A stretch of DNA of 64,000 bases. Source: Geosiphon pyriformis uo1. Lineage: Eukaryota > Fungi > Glomeromycota. Positions within the stretch are counted from its first letter, which is position 1. Each line of letters begins with the position of its first letter. The notes beneath the pieces were generated by a model. That model was not told where the DNA came from, did no database searches, and saw only the letters and a program-made list of their open reading frames with translations. Of the stretch, positions 12,301 to 26,376 are shown one piece after another. Made by a program: the position numbers and the translations under genes. Location of the stretch: positions 3,924 to 67,923 of the forward strand of contig JAAOMT010000222.1 of the NCBI GenBank assembly GCA_016748015.1, read 5' to 3'.

Positions 12301-13781
12301 GTTTTTTGAATTTAAAAAAAATACAAATTAATAATAATTTATATTAAAAAAGCAGTCTTAATAGCTTATTCAGTTTTTTTTAATGGGTTTTTTTGGATTT
12401 AAATTGTTAATTATAGTGGTTTTAGTTCTATTTTTAAGTTTATGTTTTTAAATACTGTCTTTTTTGACTTAATAGTTTTTTTTATTTGCTTTATCTTTAA
12501 ATATTTAATTAAATATTTTTAAATGTTTTTTAAAGTTTTTTACTGATTAAATTTTCGTAATTTTAGTTAAATTGAATTTAATTATAATGCTTTTTTTTTG
12601 GTTTTTTATTTTTACATCTATCAATAGTTACACCAAAAAAACAAATAGTATTAAGTAATAAAAAGTACTTAAAATAATAATATTTTAGTAAAAAATTAAT
12701 AAATTATGTAAATATTTATTATTTATAATTAATATATTTATTACTTAATAGTTTTTACATATTTTTTTTATTGTTTTAAATTTTGTATTGATTTTTTATT
12801 AGTGTTTAACTTTAAAAAATTTTTAGATTTATCTATATAAATAACAAAAAAATTCAGTAATTTGTCTCTATAAAAACCAAATATTAAGAATTATTTATTT
12901 TGTTTTATTATTTTAAAGAGCTTATTTTATTTTAATAAAGAATATATTAGTTAATAAAAATTGACTATTGCAATTAAATAGTTAGAATTTGATAATTATG
13001 TATTTTATTTTAATTAATAGTGTTTATTTTAATTAATAAATTTATATTTTTTTTAATATTGTTAATAAACAATAAGATAAAATATTATTATTGTTTATAA
13101 AAAATAAAATTAATAAATTTTTGGAGTTTTTTGTCTTTGTATAAAATAAATATTAAAATATAATTTAATAATATTTAATATAAATATATAATTAATATTC
13201 TTATTGTTAATTAATTTTTTAATTGTAATTTCTTTATTATTGTTATTAGTTTTATATGCTTTATAATTTTGTATTTTTTTTATTTAATTTAATTATTATA
13301 TTGTTAACTATAATAATTATTGTAATTATATTATTAATAAATATTAGATTATTATATTAAATTAAAAATTTAGTTAATTCTGGTTTTATTTATTATATTT
13401 TTGTTAATTTTTAATTAGATTAAAAACTTTATGATAAAAAATTAAATAATTAAAAATATTTTTATTTAACATGTTTAATTTTTTATCTTATTAGATTAAC
13501 AAATAATCTTAAATATTAAATAATTAAATAAATTTTTTATATTTTAATAAAACCAATAGTAAATTAGAAAATAATTTTGAATATTAAATAATTGAATAAG
13601 TTATTTGTGTTTTAATGCTGGTTTTGTGGCTTAGCAAACAGTTTTAATATTTTATTTAACGCATTTAACGAGTGTAGCCCAATCACTATCTAGTACATAG
13701 AACCAAACTAAAAGGCTCAAATTAAACGCGATTCACGCACTTTCTACATGTGGCTAGCCACTCAGGCCAGACAAGGCAACA

Positions 13782-16700
13782 CTACACATCTATAACTACC
13801 CGCACACTGCCATCCAGACCAGAAAAGAAACAAAAAGGCTTCCGACGACCAAAGCTAACAGCAAAGGAATTGGCCAAACCAAGCAATTCCACAACACCAT
13901 TAGACAAAACCGAAGACACACCACAAGGGAGCCCAGAAACAACACCAACATCACAGACCAGACCAGCCTTCTCCATCACCACCCGGTGGCTGGCTCTAGC
14001 CAACCATACCTTAGCACGATGTAGATCAACAACGAACCTGACATAATCAACAATCCTAGCAGTGGCCACTTTTTTATTCTCAAAAACATCACAAGCCTCC
14101 TCATACCACTCCTCCAGCACAAACCCTTTGCACACCAAAGTGTACAGCCCAACATCAATGGAACATTGAGACAAAACCTGCAACACAGCAGAAGCAGAGG
14201 AACCACCAGCCAAAGCTGACCAACGAGCAGAAGCCTCTGCCAAAATCTCACCACAAATGCCAGACTTATGAACACAAGTAAAAACGTGGTCAGAGAACTC
14301 TACCTCACCGCAAAACAAACACAACACACTAGGGTAGTATTTATCATACAACCTCTTCCTAATGGCCACCGGCAACCTCCTGTGCACAGCCTTCATAACA
14401 TAAGTGCAAAGCGATGAGGATGCGCGGCTAGTGAACTCAGCAAGCATATGAGAATCAGGATGCCACACCTTCACCGTGACAACCCAGTCTATGCAACCAA
14501 TTATCGCATCCGGAACTACATCACAACCAGGCCCAGCTTCCCAACGAGCACAATGAATCGATCGAAAAATATTTCTGACAAAATGACGGGCATTACCAAA
14601 AACAGCAACACCCTCAGCAACCAAAAAATGTTCACACACATCGGCACAAAGGGAAAAAGGAGACCCAGAGGCAGCCCCAGCAGCCAAGTCAGCTCTCACA
14701 TTACCAGGAATCCCAGAGTGTCCTTTCACCTTAACCCAACTCACACTAAGATCCTTATCCCTGACCAAATTGAAAATATGACACCTTTCCAGCCAGCATT
14801 GATTACGGAAATCAGGAGCAACCAAAGACATCTCAGACACACATGCGTCAATGGCAGCCTGGCTGTCAAGACACAATACCACAGTACTTAAAGAAGGAAC
14901 ACACTCCAAAGCCAAAGCGACAGCCTGTAACTCGGCCATAGTAGATGACAAAAGACCATGAACAGCAACACTAATACTCATATCCAAGACCGGAAAGTAC
15001 GCAGCAGTACCACAGGTGACCTCAGCAGAGCCTGCATTCCTCAAAGACCCATCCGAGAAAACTTCAAAAGAGTCTGACCAAATGTCATGCAATCCATCTT
15101 TGACTGCAGAAAATTCCCCAAACCCCAAAATGTCCAAACCAAGCTTTTCTGCTGAGCCAACAGAACCAGAAAATGAGTAGCCCTGACCTTTCAAAAACTC
15201 AGAAGAAACCACGAACCAGTGAGGCACAAGGCCACGTGGATCCAACCTCTTCCAATGACGAAAAGTTTTCCAATCCAACAAAACACCTTTTTTATCAAAA
15301 AGCCAATCACCAAAAGCGACACCAAAACGTTTAAGAGATTTGACCGAATCAAAATACAGAGACTTTCCAAGAACAGAGGACAACGGGAACCGACCAGGAC
15401 TACAAAATGCAGTGGGGAGGTTGTTCACCAAAGTAAGCTCATTGCCCAGAAAGATCTTCACCATCCCAGCCAAAAAATTGTTCACTGGACTAACACGCAA
15501 CCTGACTGGAAACTGCAAAGGATCCAAAGGAGCCCAACCAAGAACCTGTAGATCCAAAAACCTATGTCTAAACAAACGCCCAAGAATGCCAAAGACATTA
15601 GAGAACACCATCAAAGCAGTAACCTTCCCTTCTGACTGCACCTGCTCAAAAGGCTTTAGGCCGTACAATGAGGGATGATGCAAAGCAGCATCAGGAAAAT
15701 CACGGGAGAGACAAGCCTTGGACCTAAGACCCTTTCTAACCAAGACATCTCACTTGCAACAAACATTAGATGAAACAAAACTGAACTAAGTACGATAGCT
15801 AACAATAAGCTGCAAAATAGCCGACACCAGATAGGAGAATTGTTTGTCTGTAATAGCTTTCCTAAGCACAACATTGACGAAGAAATGTACATCCGCATGA
15901 GCCTTGGCAACACTCGGCTTGGAGAGCCCTTCAGTTGACAGAAAAATACTCAGATACCGATGTGCTTCCCCTTTTTTGGCAATAGAAATTGGCTGACCAC
16001 AAATGTTCAGTGAAGCAACTTTAACATCCTGATTGATGGGAATAGCTACCGTCTTCTCACTATTGATAGAAATATTATTGATCACAAAAAATTCACTGGC
16101 AATGTTCAGAGCATATTGAGTAGAAGCCTGACAATTTCCAACCCAGATCGTATTATCAACAAATGCACCAGCCGAAAAATACGATGTCAAACCACTACTG
16201 CCCTTAATTCTGCCAGATTTTGAAACAAACTTAGTATCAATCCAGTACCCACACAATTGTTTGTGCCTTTTAACCTCACACAAAAGCGGATCGTAAAAAA
16301 TTCTCCAAAGAAGTGGCAAAAAGACCTCATCCTGGTCCAGCCCATTATGCATCTTATAACCACCAGACAAACCAAAGTCAGTCATTACCTTATTAACTCT
16401 ATCCTCATGAATACCACCAAAAAACCTTATGAACCTCTCACACATCTTGACACGCCGCAAACTAGCTCTTAAATGATGCCACCCAACTGAATCATAAGCT
16501 TTCCGCATATCTTGCAAGACCAACCATAACTCCCTATCCTTCTCAATGGCATCCTCAATTACCAAACCAACAGCAAACACCGGAGATTGTGTTGACATAC
16601 TCTTCAGCACCGAAAAGTTGTCACCCTGAAGAACATTGAACTTGCTACAAGCCATTGAAATACAGTCAGACAGAATCTTGGAAAGAATCTTCCTGGCAGT

Positions 16701-18467
16701 CTCAATCAAAGCAATGGGCCGAGTGTTTGTAAGAACTCCATCCCAGTCATAAGGCTTAGGAATCATTGATACCCAAGCCCTCTTCCACAAAACAGGCACC
16801 ACACCACCAGACAAACATTTATTAAATAGCGCCAACAGGCACCCCAAAACCACCTTATCACCATGTTTCCATAACTCATTAGGAACACCAGACAAACCAG
16901 CAGCCTTGCCATTAGGAAGACCACCAACAACAGAAAGTAACTCGCCCATACTGATTGCACTCATAACACCTGAAAAAGCATCATCCCAAACATAGTCCAA
17001 AGGCGCGTACTGACAAGCCCAAAGACCAGGAAGCACTGACTGCACGGAGCATTTCCTCATCCACCCCTCCATTATTCTATCCACACTGGATTTCACCTCT
17101 TCAGGCAACAAAACCAGATCATTATCAACTATTAAGTGATCCAACACAACCTTGTAAAAAGGCTTTTCTAACACACTCCTGATCATACTACCCTTATCCA
17201 AACAGAAATTATCCATGTGCTTCTCAATTGTCTTCCTAACCGAAGCTTCCTCAGCCAACTTTGACTCAAACATCTTCGACCTTCTGTAATCTCTGTGAAC
17301 CAATGACAAATGCCTAACAACAACATCAGATTTAACACCCGAGCCAACCAAGTCCTTAAAAGCACAAGCCTTTGCGTCATCCAGAGTTGACCATTTACTC
17401 ACAAGACGATCAGCGCTCAGCAAATCACCAGAGCAAAATTTCTTGACAATCTTGGCTACCAACAATTTCAGACCAAAAAACCTAGAAGAATGTTTGTTTC
17501 TCGAACACTTGAATTCACTAAACCAATGTCTCAAAAATGTCACATCAGCAGAATCCACCACAGCTCTTACCAAAACTGCCCACATAGCATCTACATTACC
17601 ACGTATTTTGGCACCAGAGAACACCTCACCCAAAGACAAAAGTTTAGCTAACGAGAGATCCTTAAACTTAGCCCATCCAACACAGTCAGCATTCTTGATT
17701 TTGAACTTCCAATGATCCTTATTCGCCTGCTTGCGCAAACTGTTCAATTGTACATCTAGAAGCCCACCCAAACCGACTGAAACTACAACAGCCTTGTGAT
17801 TAGTGTTAAAGAAATCTGAAACAGAGACAACTTGATGGCCAGCAACAGCAGTAGACAAATTACTACCAACAAAAATGTAATCAATTGTTTTCCCAACCCC
17901 TTTTGAATTGCTCCACGTATAAGAATTAGCCAAATGATAACCAACAAATGAATTGACCAAACCTAAACTCAAACAAAACTTGAAACTAGCACTTCTACCA
18001 GATCCATTCTCATTAAGATTCCCACCCAAGATAACAAAATTGCTGGAGTTGACTGCCTTTGCAATAAGGGTGTTAACTTCAGAAGCCTAACCAAATCTAG
18101 CCCCAGAGGAGGCACCAGCATACAACCCCAAAACAGTAACTGAGAGCTTGCCCTTAAACAGGAGCCGAACAGAAATAACTCGACCAGGAATCTCCTCCAC
18201 CTTAGATACATGACGGGCCAAAGAAGTGTTCATAACAATCACAACCCCAGCATCCATAAAACCCTTATCCAAGCCAGAAGAAAATATTCGCACTCCATTA
18301 AATTTATCCTTTATCCATGGCCCAGAAAAAGACCTCAACTTAGTCTCAGTAATAAAAGAAACCATATTTCCCAAGCTCACATGTCAACAAACAACATCTG
18401 CTTGCTTTGCAGGAACATTGATACTCCAAACGTTGCACATAGCAAATTTTCAAACCAAACTACTCAT
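13782..18467 (-). pseudogene. LINE ORF2 (1561 codons in one frame, several point-mutation stops)
   Basis: APE motifs ITETKL, GG(D)LN and IDYIF. RT motifs TRPIALIE, QDMRKAYDSV and FVD(D)TIW. RNase H motifs FSDGS, AELQAV, DSQAA and KVKGHSGIPGNVRAD. C-terminal CLFC-x7-H-x3-C. ORFs starting at 18380, 18029 and 15743 share the frame of the ATG at 18467. Confidence 0.95.
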
Positions 18468-20425
18468 TGAGATGGAGGAAAAGCCAACGAACCTGATCCA
18501 GAATGCAGATGATCCAATCTATTCAAGACCGAGCAAACTGAAGCTTCAAGAGCCATAATATTCGACTCCAAACTGCCAATCTTGGCAGTCAAAACCTTAG
18601 AACTGCTCAGATTGAAATCAACAACCAACCCACCAACATTGGGAGAAGAAGAGGCAGATGACAACAACGTGCTATCCAAATCCAAACCTGAGTCCATATC
18701 AGAAACAATGGCAGTTGGAGACACCAAAGGAAGAGCTGAAGGAGAAAGCGCTAATGGCACCAAGTCAACAAAACTTAATTTCTTTAAAATGAGTAAGACT
18801 TGGTCCGTGAGAATTTCCACGGAGTGTTCCAGCACAGCTAGGCGACCACCTAGATCAGCGGCACCAGACGAGGAGGAATCCATTGAGAAAGCCTTCAAAC
18901 CAGAGACCAAACTGACACCAGGAGCACCCGAAGAGACAACACGAGAGAGAGAACGGCCTGCCACTTGGGCCCACGTCTTTCCACCAAAAGAAACTGGATG
19001 AGCGACAGGGGCTGACTTCCTCTTATATATCTCAGCTAGACGAACCCGATCTTGCTCAGAAACCACCTTCTTTCCTCGAACACCAGAATACTCACCCAAG
19101 GAACAGTTGACCGAAACATGACCAAATTGTTTACAACGAGCACAACTGGCCAAAGAAAGACCAGCCCAATGCAAACTCACGTTTCTAAAAACTGGAACGG
19201 TACCAATAGCAGCCAACTTGGATGCCTCATCACCAAAACAAATTACAGCACATCTATTACGAACATATGAACTAGGGTTATGGCTAATATAACAAGTCTT
19301 CCCACCATATGATTCCAACAAACTGGAGAAATCATGAGCATTGGTGCCAACTGGAAGAGTATAGAGCAAAGCCCGATGCTGATCCCTCGATACCCACGTT
19401 TGTTTATCAATATTCGCCTTTGCCACGCGGACAGAATCCTTTCCCATGAGCACAGACCATTTAGCTGCGACCAAATCAGCCATCTCAGATAATTCATATT
19501 CCACCAGGGCTTTTTGCCAAAGACCAATAAGCTGCACTTTAATTGAAACAATCTTGCCAAACTTGGAGAACACTGCCTCAATTGCCGATTTGGGAAGATC
19601 TACTGGGATTTCCTTGACAATCACCTCCCGATCTGAATGGCTGTTTACTTTTCTTAGATCATCATTTACCAATATTTTTTCACTGATTGCCATTTCCCTC
19701 GCCTTAAACAAACTTTTTTCAGATGTAAATGATGACCTTATTATTCCAGGAAATTTTGAGGGAGTTGAAGCCCTCCCAAAACCATCAACCTAATAAAAAA
19801 TTTTTTTCACACAAACCAACTTATCACCAATAGTTTTGCCAAGAATGGCAGATAGCTCAATATCCAATGCAAATGATTTTGACAAAATAAAACTCCGTTT
19901 CTCTGGAACACGTGACCCGACTGGAGGAAGGCGATTGGACCCACAAAATTTAGGATTCAGAAGAGGCAGAGTGTCTCCACCATCACTTAGCACGTTGAAA
20001 GAGAGAGGTGGCGACTTACTGTTCAGAACATAGGTGTGGGTACGCGTTTTCCTTGGCGTGGCATCATTCATGTCGTCGTCCAAACCTGAAACATTCGACT
20101 CAGCATAGCTAGTTTCCTCAGTGATGACGTTTTCCAAGTTATCCAAGTCTGAGACGCCACTTATGCTATCCACTTTGCTGTTGACCTCGCTAGCCCACAA
20201 TCGCCCAATATTAGGTCCGTCACCACTTTCATCCATAACGTTTGAGACACCAGCAGACGACTCCACCAAACCGTCAACTGTTACAGGTTTCTTCAGCTTC
20301 TTATAGGATGCACCGTGAGATTGAGGACCAACCGAACACTTATTTTTGACACCAGACTGGGTCCCCAACCCAGCCGAAACGGACCCAGAACCACCAGTAG
20401 CAAAGCCCACCAGTTCCATAGCCAC
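18464..20425 (-). pseudogene. LINE ORF1 (RRM-like region, CCHC knuckle, coiled coil), one premature TAG at 19790
   Basis: CARCKQFGHVSVNC. ORFs 19790-20425 and 18464-19711 are in the same frame. Confidence 0.9.
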
Positions 20426-21269
20426 AAAAAGGGGAATGTCTGAAGAAATAACTGGAGAAAGGTAAAGGGAAAAGGGAAAAAGAAGGCTATTTCAGTGATG
20501 ACTCAAAGCTCTCGTTGTGACTAAGGGATCAACGAAAAAAAAGTCTATAATATCCTAATTATGTTTAAAATGTTTTAAATAGCAATATAATTGTTTTTAA
20601 TTTATATTATATTATTAACATATATATTTATAGCCAAAAAAAAGTCAAATTTATATTGAATTTTATCTTGTTGTTCTTATCACAAATTTAAAATTTATAT
20701 AATAACTAAATACAGATTTTTACAGTTTAATTTTACATAAAAAAAAATCATAAAAAATCTGCCATAAAAAAAAAGAAAACTTAACTTTAATCTAAGCTGT
20801 TTTGTATTACATAATTATTAAACAGATTAAAATTTGTTATAACTTGATTAATATAATTATTATAAATATAATCAAAAAATCAAATAAATTTGTTATATTG
20901 TTACAAATAATTATTTGGAGTGTTAAAACAAATAACAAACCTGTAACTTGGTATTCAATAACTGAGAATATTGGTAATTTTTAAAGATTTTGGAGTTTGA
21001 AGATTTTGGTTGAGTTCTTTATATAATAAATAGAGATTTAATTAATGGTTTTTTTTGTGAATTTCTTTCTTTATTATGGTGGTTAGTTTATTTTAATAGT
21101 TGTGTCTTTCTGGTAAACTATCCTTAAATTTTTATCTTTGTTTCTAAGTTTTTTATCAAACTATTCTTGATGTCAAATACTTAGTGCTTAATTTTTTTAA
21201 TCAATTAGTAAACAACAATAAAACAAAACAAAACAAAATAAAATAAAATAAAAAATAAGAAATTAGTAT

Positions 21270-23070
21270 TCTATTAATAACTATAATTAAGAATTATTGT
21301 TTTAGTGTAGTTAAATATTGGATTTTATTAACATAAAGTGTTAATAGTAGGAAAATGATTAATATTTTTAATTAACTGAATTTATTAAAATAATTATTCA
21401 TGTAAACTAAAGTATTTTTAAACCACAATAATATTGAATCTCTAGAACTCAATTTTTTGTAGTGATGAAAAGTTTTCTAACTTATAACTAATCTATACTT
21501 ATCTAAAAACCTGTTATTAAAAACAATACTAAAATATCTCAAAGAATAAATTACACTGAAATAAAAAGACTCTTCCAGAATTTTGACATTAAAAACCACC
21601 CAAAACTACGAAATACATTAGACAAACTGTTGGCCAAAAAATTTTGTTATTCAAAAAAATTTTTACAACATCTGTTAAAAAGTTATTTACAAAACTAACT
21701 TTTAATCTAATAGAATACCACAAAAAATTTATTAGAATCCATTTCAAAACTTGTAAGTCCAAAAAATAATGTTCAAACAATTAATCAAGAATTTCAGATG
21801 TATTAGAAAATACAATTAATAAAGCAATCTTGTTTTCTATCTGTAATTGCTCAAAAGTTTTCAATTTATAAAAAGATAGATAGTACAAAGTCTTATTAGA
21901 AAAATCTCTCAGTAAGTTGGTTTTAAATTTGAATCTTTTTTTTAACATAACATCTTATTTTTAGTACACATTTTTAAATATGAAGCTAAACTATATATAG
22001 TAATTAACAATAAACTACAAAATTAATAAAACCAAATAGAAAAATTGTTTGTCTAATAATGTCTTTTTAAGAACTAAATTAGAAAAAAACTTAATATCTA
22101 AGTGTGTTTTGGCAAAGCTGAGTTTAGATATGCTTTTTATTGACAAAAAAATATCCAAATATCTATAATGTTTATTATGTCTAGCTATAGAAATTGGTTA
22201 ATCACAAATTTGCAAAGAAGTATTTACAACTCTTTAATTAATAAAAATTACTACAGTCTTGTTATTATTAATAAATATGTTATTTATTTCAAAAAACTTG
22301 CTAACAATATTCAAAATATACTGTGTTAAAATCTAATTATTTCTTATTTAAATTGTATTATTAATAAATGCACCTGTTACAAAAAAGAAAAAATTATTTT
22401 TGTTTATTTTTATTCTGTCTGTTTTTGTTACAAAGTTTGTGTTAATTCTATATCTACATAAATATTTCTATTTCTTAATCTTACACAATAAAGGATCATA
22501 AAAATTTTTTCACAATAATAGTAAAAACACTTTGTCTTAATTTAGTCTATTTAATATCTTGTAATTATTTAACAGACCAAAATCAATTATTACTCTGTAA
22601 ATTTTGCCCATATATATGGTTTCAAAAAATTTGATAAATCTGTTGCATATTTTGATTTATTTTAAACTAGCTTCTAAATAATGCTATTTAATTAAATTGT
22701 AAGCTTTATACATATTTTGTAAAACCAGCCAAACTTTTTGTTTTTTTTTCAAAGCATTTTTTATTATTAATCTAACAGTAAATACAGAAAATTGAATTAA
22801 AGTGCTTTTTAAAACTGAAAAATTGTTTTCTCAAAAAACATTATATTTGGAACAAGCAAATAAAATGTGTTTTAACAGAATTTCGAATAAAATTTTCCTC
22901 ACTGTTTTAATTAGTACAATAGGCTATGTATTTATTAAGATGTTATCTTAATTATACAGTTTGAAATTATTAAAACCTATATCTTTTTTTAAAGAATTAA
23001 AATTTTTTTAAAAGCCAGATAAAAATTTAACAAACTTAATAAGCATTTTATTATTTTATTATTATAATGC
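21270..23070 (-). mobile_element. old LINE F, downstream segment (RT and post-RT), interrupted by Gypsy B; left end approximate
   Basis: 21589-21780 FEHYFLDLQVL...VSFVNNFL matches D ORF2 FRHRFLDLQVL...VSPVNNFL, and the segment is collinear with D about 15100-16860. Confidence 0.88.
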
Positions 23071-23474
23071 TGTTATGGGTAAACTTGGTAAGTATGGGAA
23101 ATGGTAATGTTTGGTGCTCTCAATTATTGATGATGCATCTTTCACATAATTCTGTTGGCTTAGTCTTAATTATCAGTCTCTGAAGGTCTATTTCTGGATG
23201 TGAATTTACCTATTGAGTTCTTTGATTATAAAGCACAGAGTTTGTTTTTCGTCAATTGCAACATTTTTTGTAAATGTGAGCTTTCTTCTCTGAGCTAACG
23301 AGCGCAGTCATTAGAGTCTGGCATTGTCTTTTCACTTTTCTGGTAAGCTAACAAGATAATGTTAATATCCAAAACTTAGGAGGAGCTTCTCTCTTTTACC
23401 AGGCTATTATGAAGTCTATTCCTAGACAGTTGATTTTACTATGTTGCTGCTCCACAAAAATAAAACAGAAAAAG

Positions 23475-23506
<32 letters not shown>

Positions 23507-24171
23507 AAAAAAAGATAAATTAATATCGTCAATTGCCGTGATCAAGAGCAATTGGTCCAAATCATTAATAGGTTTGAGGCGGTTATGCTAAGAGCATCTG
23601 TCCTAAAATGGAGGTACGAGACAAGGGTTAATTCACGTAAATTCCATGAAGTTCGAAAACATGAATTTGTGATTCTGATTTCTTTAATAATTGGTTTATT
23701 TCAGGAAATGAAATAGAAAAGATAATAAAGAATGAAGAGGTATGGATATTTAATTCTTGTTTAAAGGTTTGTATCTATCTGTCTGTCTTTTTTCACTTCT
23801 ACAACTACTTGCTTTTATATATTCTTTTGGTTTTACAGGATTGCTTTCAATTGTCTCACTATTGCTAGCTATTACTTTGTTGTTTCTGTTATTGCTTTGT
23901 TTTTCTATGTTATTGCTAGTTATTCTATGTTATAACATATTATCTAATATTATTACATGTTATTCTATGTTATCCTGCATTATAACACATTATCCTATGT
24001 TATTGCGCACTATTCTGTGTTATCCTGCGTTATAACACGTTATCCTACGTTATAACACGTTATCCTACATTATAACGCGTTATCCAATGTTATTGCACAT
24101 TATTCTGTATTATGTCATATTTTGGTCATGTTTTTTCATAACTTTGGATTGGTTTTTCTACTCGGGTAACA
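23071..24171 (-). repeat. 3' LTR of B (1101 bp) with an internal ~20-bp tandem array (GTTATCCTACGTTATAACAC-like, about 23900-24110)
   Basis: TGTTAT...GGGTAACA termini. Matches 42086-43159. Confidence 0.95.
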
Positions 24172-24184
24172 TTATCCTTTTTTT

Positions 24185-24918
24185 TTAAAATTGAGCTTCT
24201 GCAAAACCATATGTATCTGTTATTATGGCTTCATTTGTGTAATGTTTGATTGTTGCCTCGAGTATTGCCTTTTGTAAGTCTTTGAACTGTTGATTGGTTA
24301 TTTGTCTTATGTTGTTAACCATTATGGTTTTCATAGATCCGTTCAGTAGTACGTTTGGGCAATGTTGGAAGGCAGTGTATAGTCGGTATACTGCTTTGTA
24401 ATGTAGGGTCAGGTTGTTTTTCCCTACAAATTTTTCTACTTGTTGTATTGCTTCTTTGTTAAACGTTTTCTGGCTAAGGTCTTCATATGGTGTTTTCAAG
24501 TCAAGCTGTTCTTCAATTTTGTAAAACCAATAAGCTGGAGGAAGTTTTTCTTTCTATTCCTGGACATTGTCAGGTGTTCACTCCTCTGTTTTGTGGAGTT
24601 CAATCTTACAAGCTAAAGCTTTTTTTATTTTTTCGAGCTTGGGGACCAAGTATCTTCTTTTGTAACCTTTTTCTTGTTCTTTGCCTCCTTTTTTTCCACC
24701 TCCCGCCTGAAGGCAATTTTTCCTCCAACATTGCCTTTCGGGTGGTGGGTAGGGAAAGAACATTTAATTCTAATTGAACTCTTGTTTTCCCCTCTTTTGC
24801 TCTTATCTTTGTACCATATCTCTTTTTTATTAATTGTTATTTCTATTTGAGATGTCGATTTTTGAATTGTTTCAAATAATTGTTTAGATAATTTTAAAAT
24901 TTGATCTGAAAAGTCCAT
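24185..24918 (-). pseudogene. accessory ORF3 of B (frameshifted)
   Basis: N-terminus MDFSDQILKLSKQLF...IEITINKKEIWY and C-terminus YKAVYRLYTAFQHCPNVLLN...IRQITNQQF align with ORF3 of A and C. Confidence 0.75.
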
Positions 24919-24998
24919 GTTGAAATTTCTATTGTTTCTTGCTGCTTTTCGGATGCTATATATATTTGAATTCTCTAATTTAATTTGCTGCCCATTGT

Positions 24999-26366
24999 CT
25001 ACGTTTTGATGACAATGATTGGTTCCAGATCTTGTGGTATATTTTCTGGTCTGATTAATAAAATTTGTGTTCCTAGTTGAGGTACTGATGACGATAATTC
25101 CTGTTTTACATGATAAATTTTTAACTGATTTCCATGCACTACTTTCTTTAAAATTCTGTCTTCCAATTATAATTTGTAAGCTCCATTTCTTAATGCTTCG
25201 TGTATGTAGAATGAACTGTCTCACTTTGGGTCAAACTTTCCACTCCACTGTTTCTCAGCTTTTGTATGATGTAACAGTACTTGGTCTCCAATTTTGAATT
25301 CCATTGGTTGTTTTAATAGATGTTTATCATGTCTTTCTTTTTGTCGTTTTTGAGCATGACTAATATTGTCAGCTGCTGTTTTTCAATTGTTTTCCAACGT
25401 TTCTATTAGCTGGTACGTTCTTTGGTGTAAGGTAGCTTCAAAATTCTCTTCATTAATTGTTTCTGTTGGGTATGACAGTATCACTTGTTTAATTGGTAAC
25501 GTAGCTTTTCTTCTATAGACTAGTTCGAACGGTGTGAACTGAGTCATATTTTGTTTTAATGTTCAGTATGCAAAGAGTACAGAAAGTATGAATAAGTCCC
25601 ATTCTTGTTTGTTTTCATGACTTATTTTTGCTAGTGCTTTGCACAGTGTTTTGTTAAATTGTTCTACCAGTCTGTTTGTTTGTGGGTGGTATGGTGACGA
25701 TAAGGGTCTCTTTATTTCAAACTGTTGGCTTAGTTCAGTCAGCATATTATTAATGAAGTGTGTTTCCTGATCAGATAATAATTCTTTCAGACATCTATGT
25801 TGGCAAATTAGGTCTTGATGCACAAATTTGGCTACTGTTTTGGTGTCGGCCACTTGGATTGCTCTGGCTTCTGGCCATTTTGTAAGATAGTCTATGGCTA
25901 CAATGATATAGCAATTTCCTTAAGATATAATTGAAAGAGGTCCAACCAAATTGATCCCAATTCTATTAAATAGATTTCCAACTGGAATGGGTTGAAGTAG
26001 TTCTGTTGATCTTGCTCCTCCTCTTCGCTGGCATGTGTCACAATTGAGCACATATTCGAAAATGTTTTTGTACATCGTTGGCCAATAGTATAAGTTTAGT
26101 GTTCTTTCGAGGATAGCATCTTTGTTAAAGTGTCCTGCAGTCAGATCTGAGTGCATGCTATATAGTATAGTTTCTCTTTTACTGTCCTTGATTAGTCATT
26201 GTGGGTTGGGGTGGTTTTGGCGTTTTTGTCGATATAGTTGGTTGTCTTGAATAAAATAATTTTGGGCTTGTTTTCAAATAGTACTCTGTTCCTGTTGAGA
26301 TAATATTTCCTTGAAACGTAGTGTTGATAGGTACTGATGTAGTCGTTAATAAGTGAGTGTGTCCAT
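24999..26366 (-). pseudogene. integrase of B
   Basis: MHSDLTAGH...CDTCQRRG, SDQETHF, SPYHPQTNRLVE and NGAYKL. Own ATG at 26366. Confidence 0.9.
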
Positions 26367-26376
26367 GGGTCTGGGA

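Larger units (their letters stand above)
13650..20540 (-). mobile_element. LINE non-LTR retrotransposon D (ORF1 + APE-RT-RNase H-Cys/His ORF2), full length, no frameshifts; ends approximate
   Basis: GC-richer island with two long single-frame ORFs and short UTRs. Confidence 0.95.

Noticed and set aside
12300-13650. Continuation of LINE relic G (and 20550-21200) or host genes
   Set aside because: Too AT-decayed to align by eye. The short Ile/Lys/Asn-rich ORFs are compositional artefacts.
13630-13660. TSD or poly(A) tail for LINE D
   Set aside because: Only a weak AT-rich similarity (TAATAT) to the 20548 flank and no clear tail, so the ends are left approximate.
13750-19793. Many + strand ORFs overlapping LINE D
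   Set aside because: Antisense shadows of GC-richer coding sequence with no recognisable motifs.
23757-24035. Hydrophobic 92-aa ORF (also 42765-43043) resembling a membrane or Env peptide
   Set aside because: It is antisense within the B LTR and has no ATG start. The hydrophobicity comes from the T-rich tandem array.
23900-24110. Regular short repeats resembling a CRISPR array
   Set aside because: Head-to-tail degenerate minisatellite without unique spacers, inside a eukaryotic LTR.
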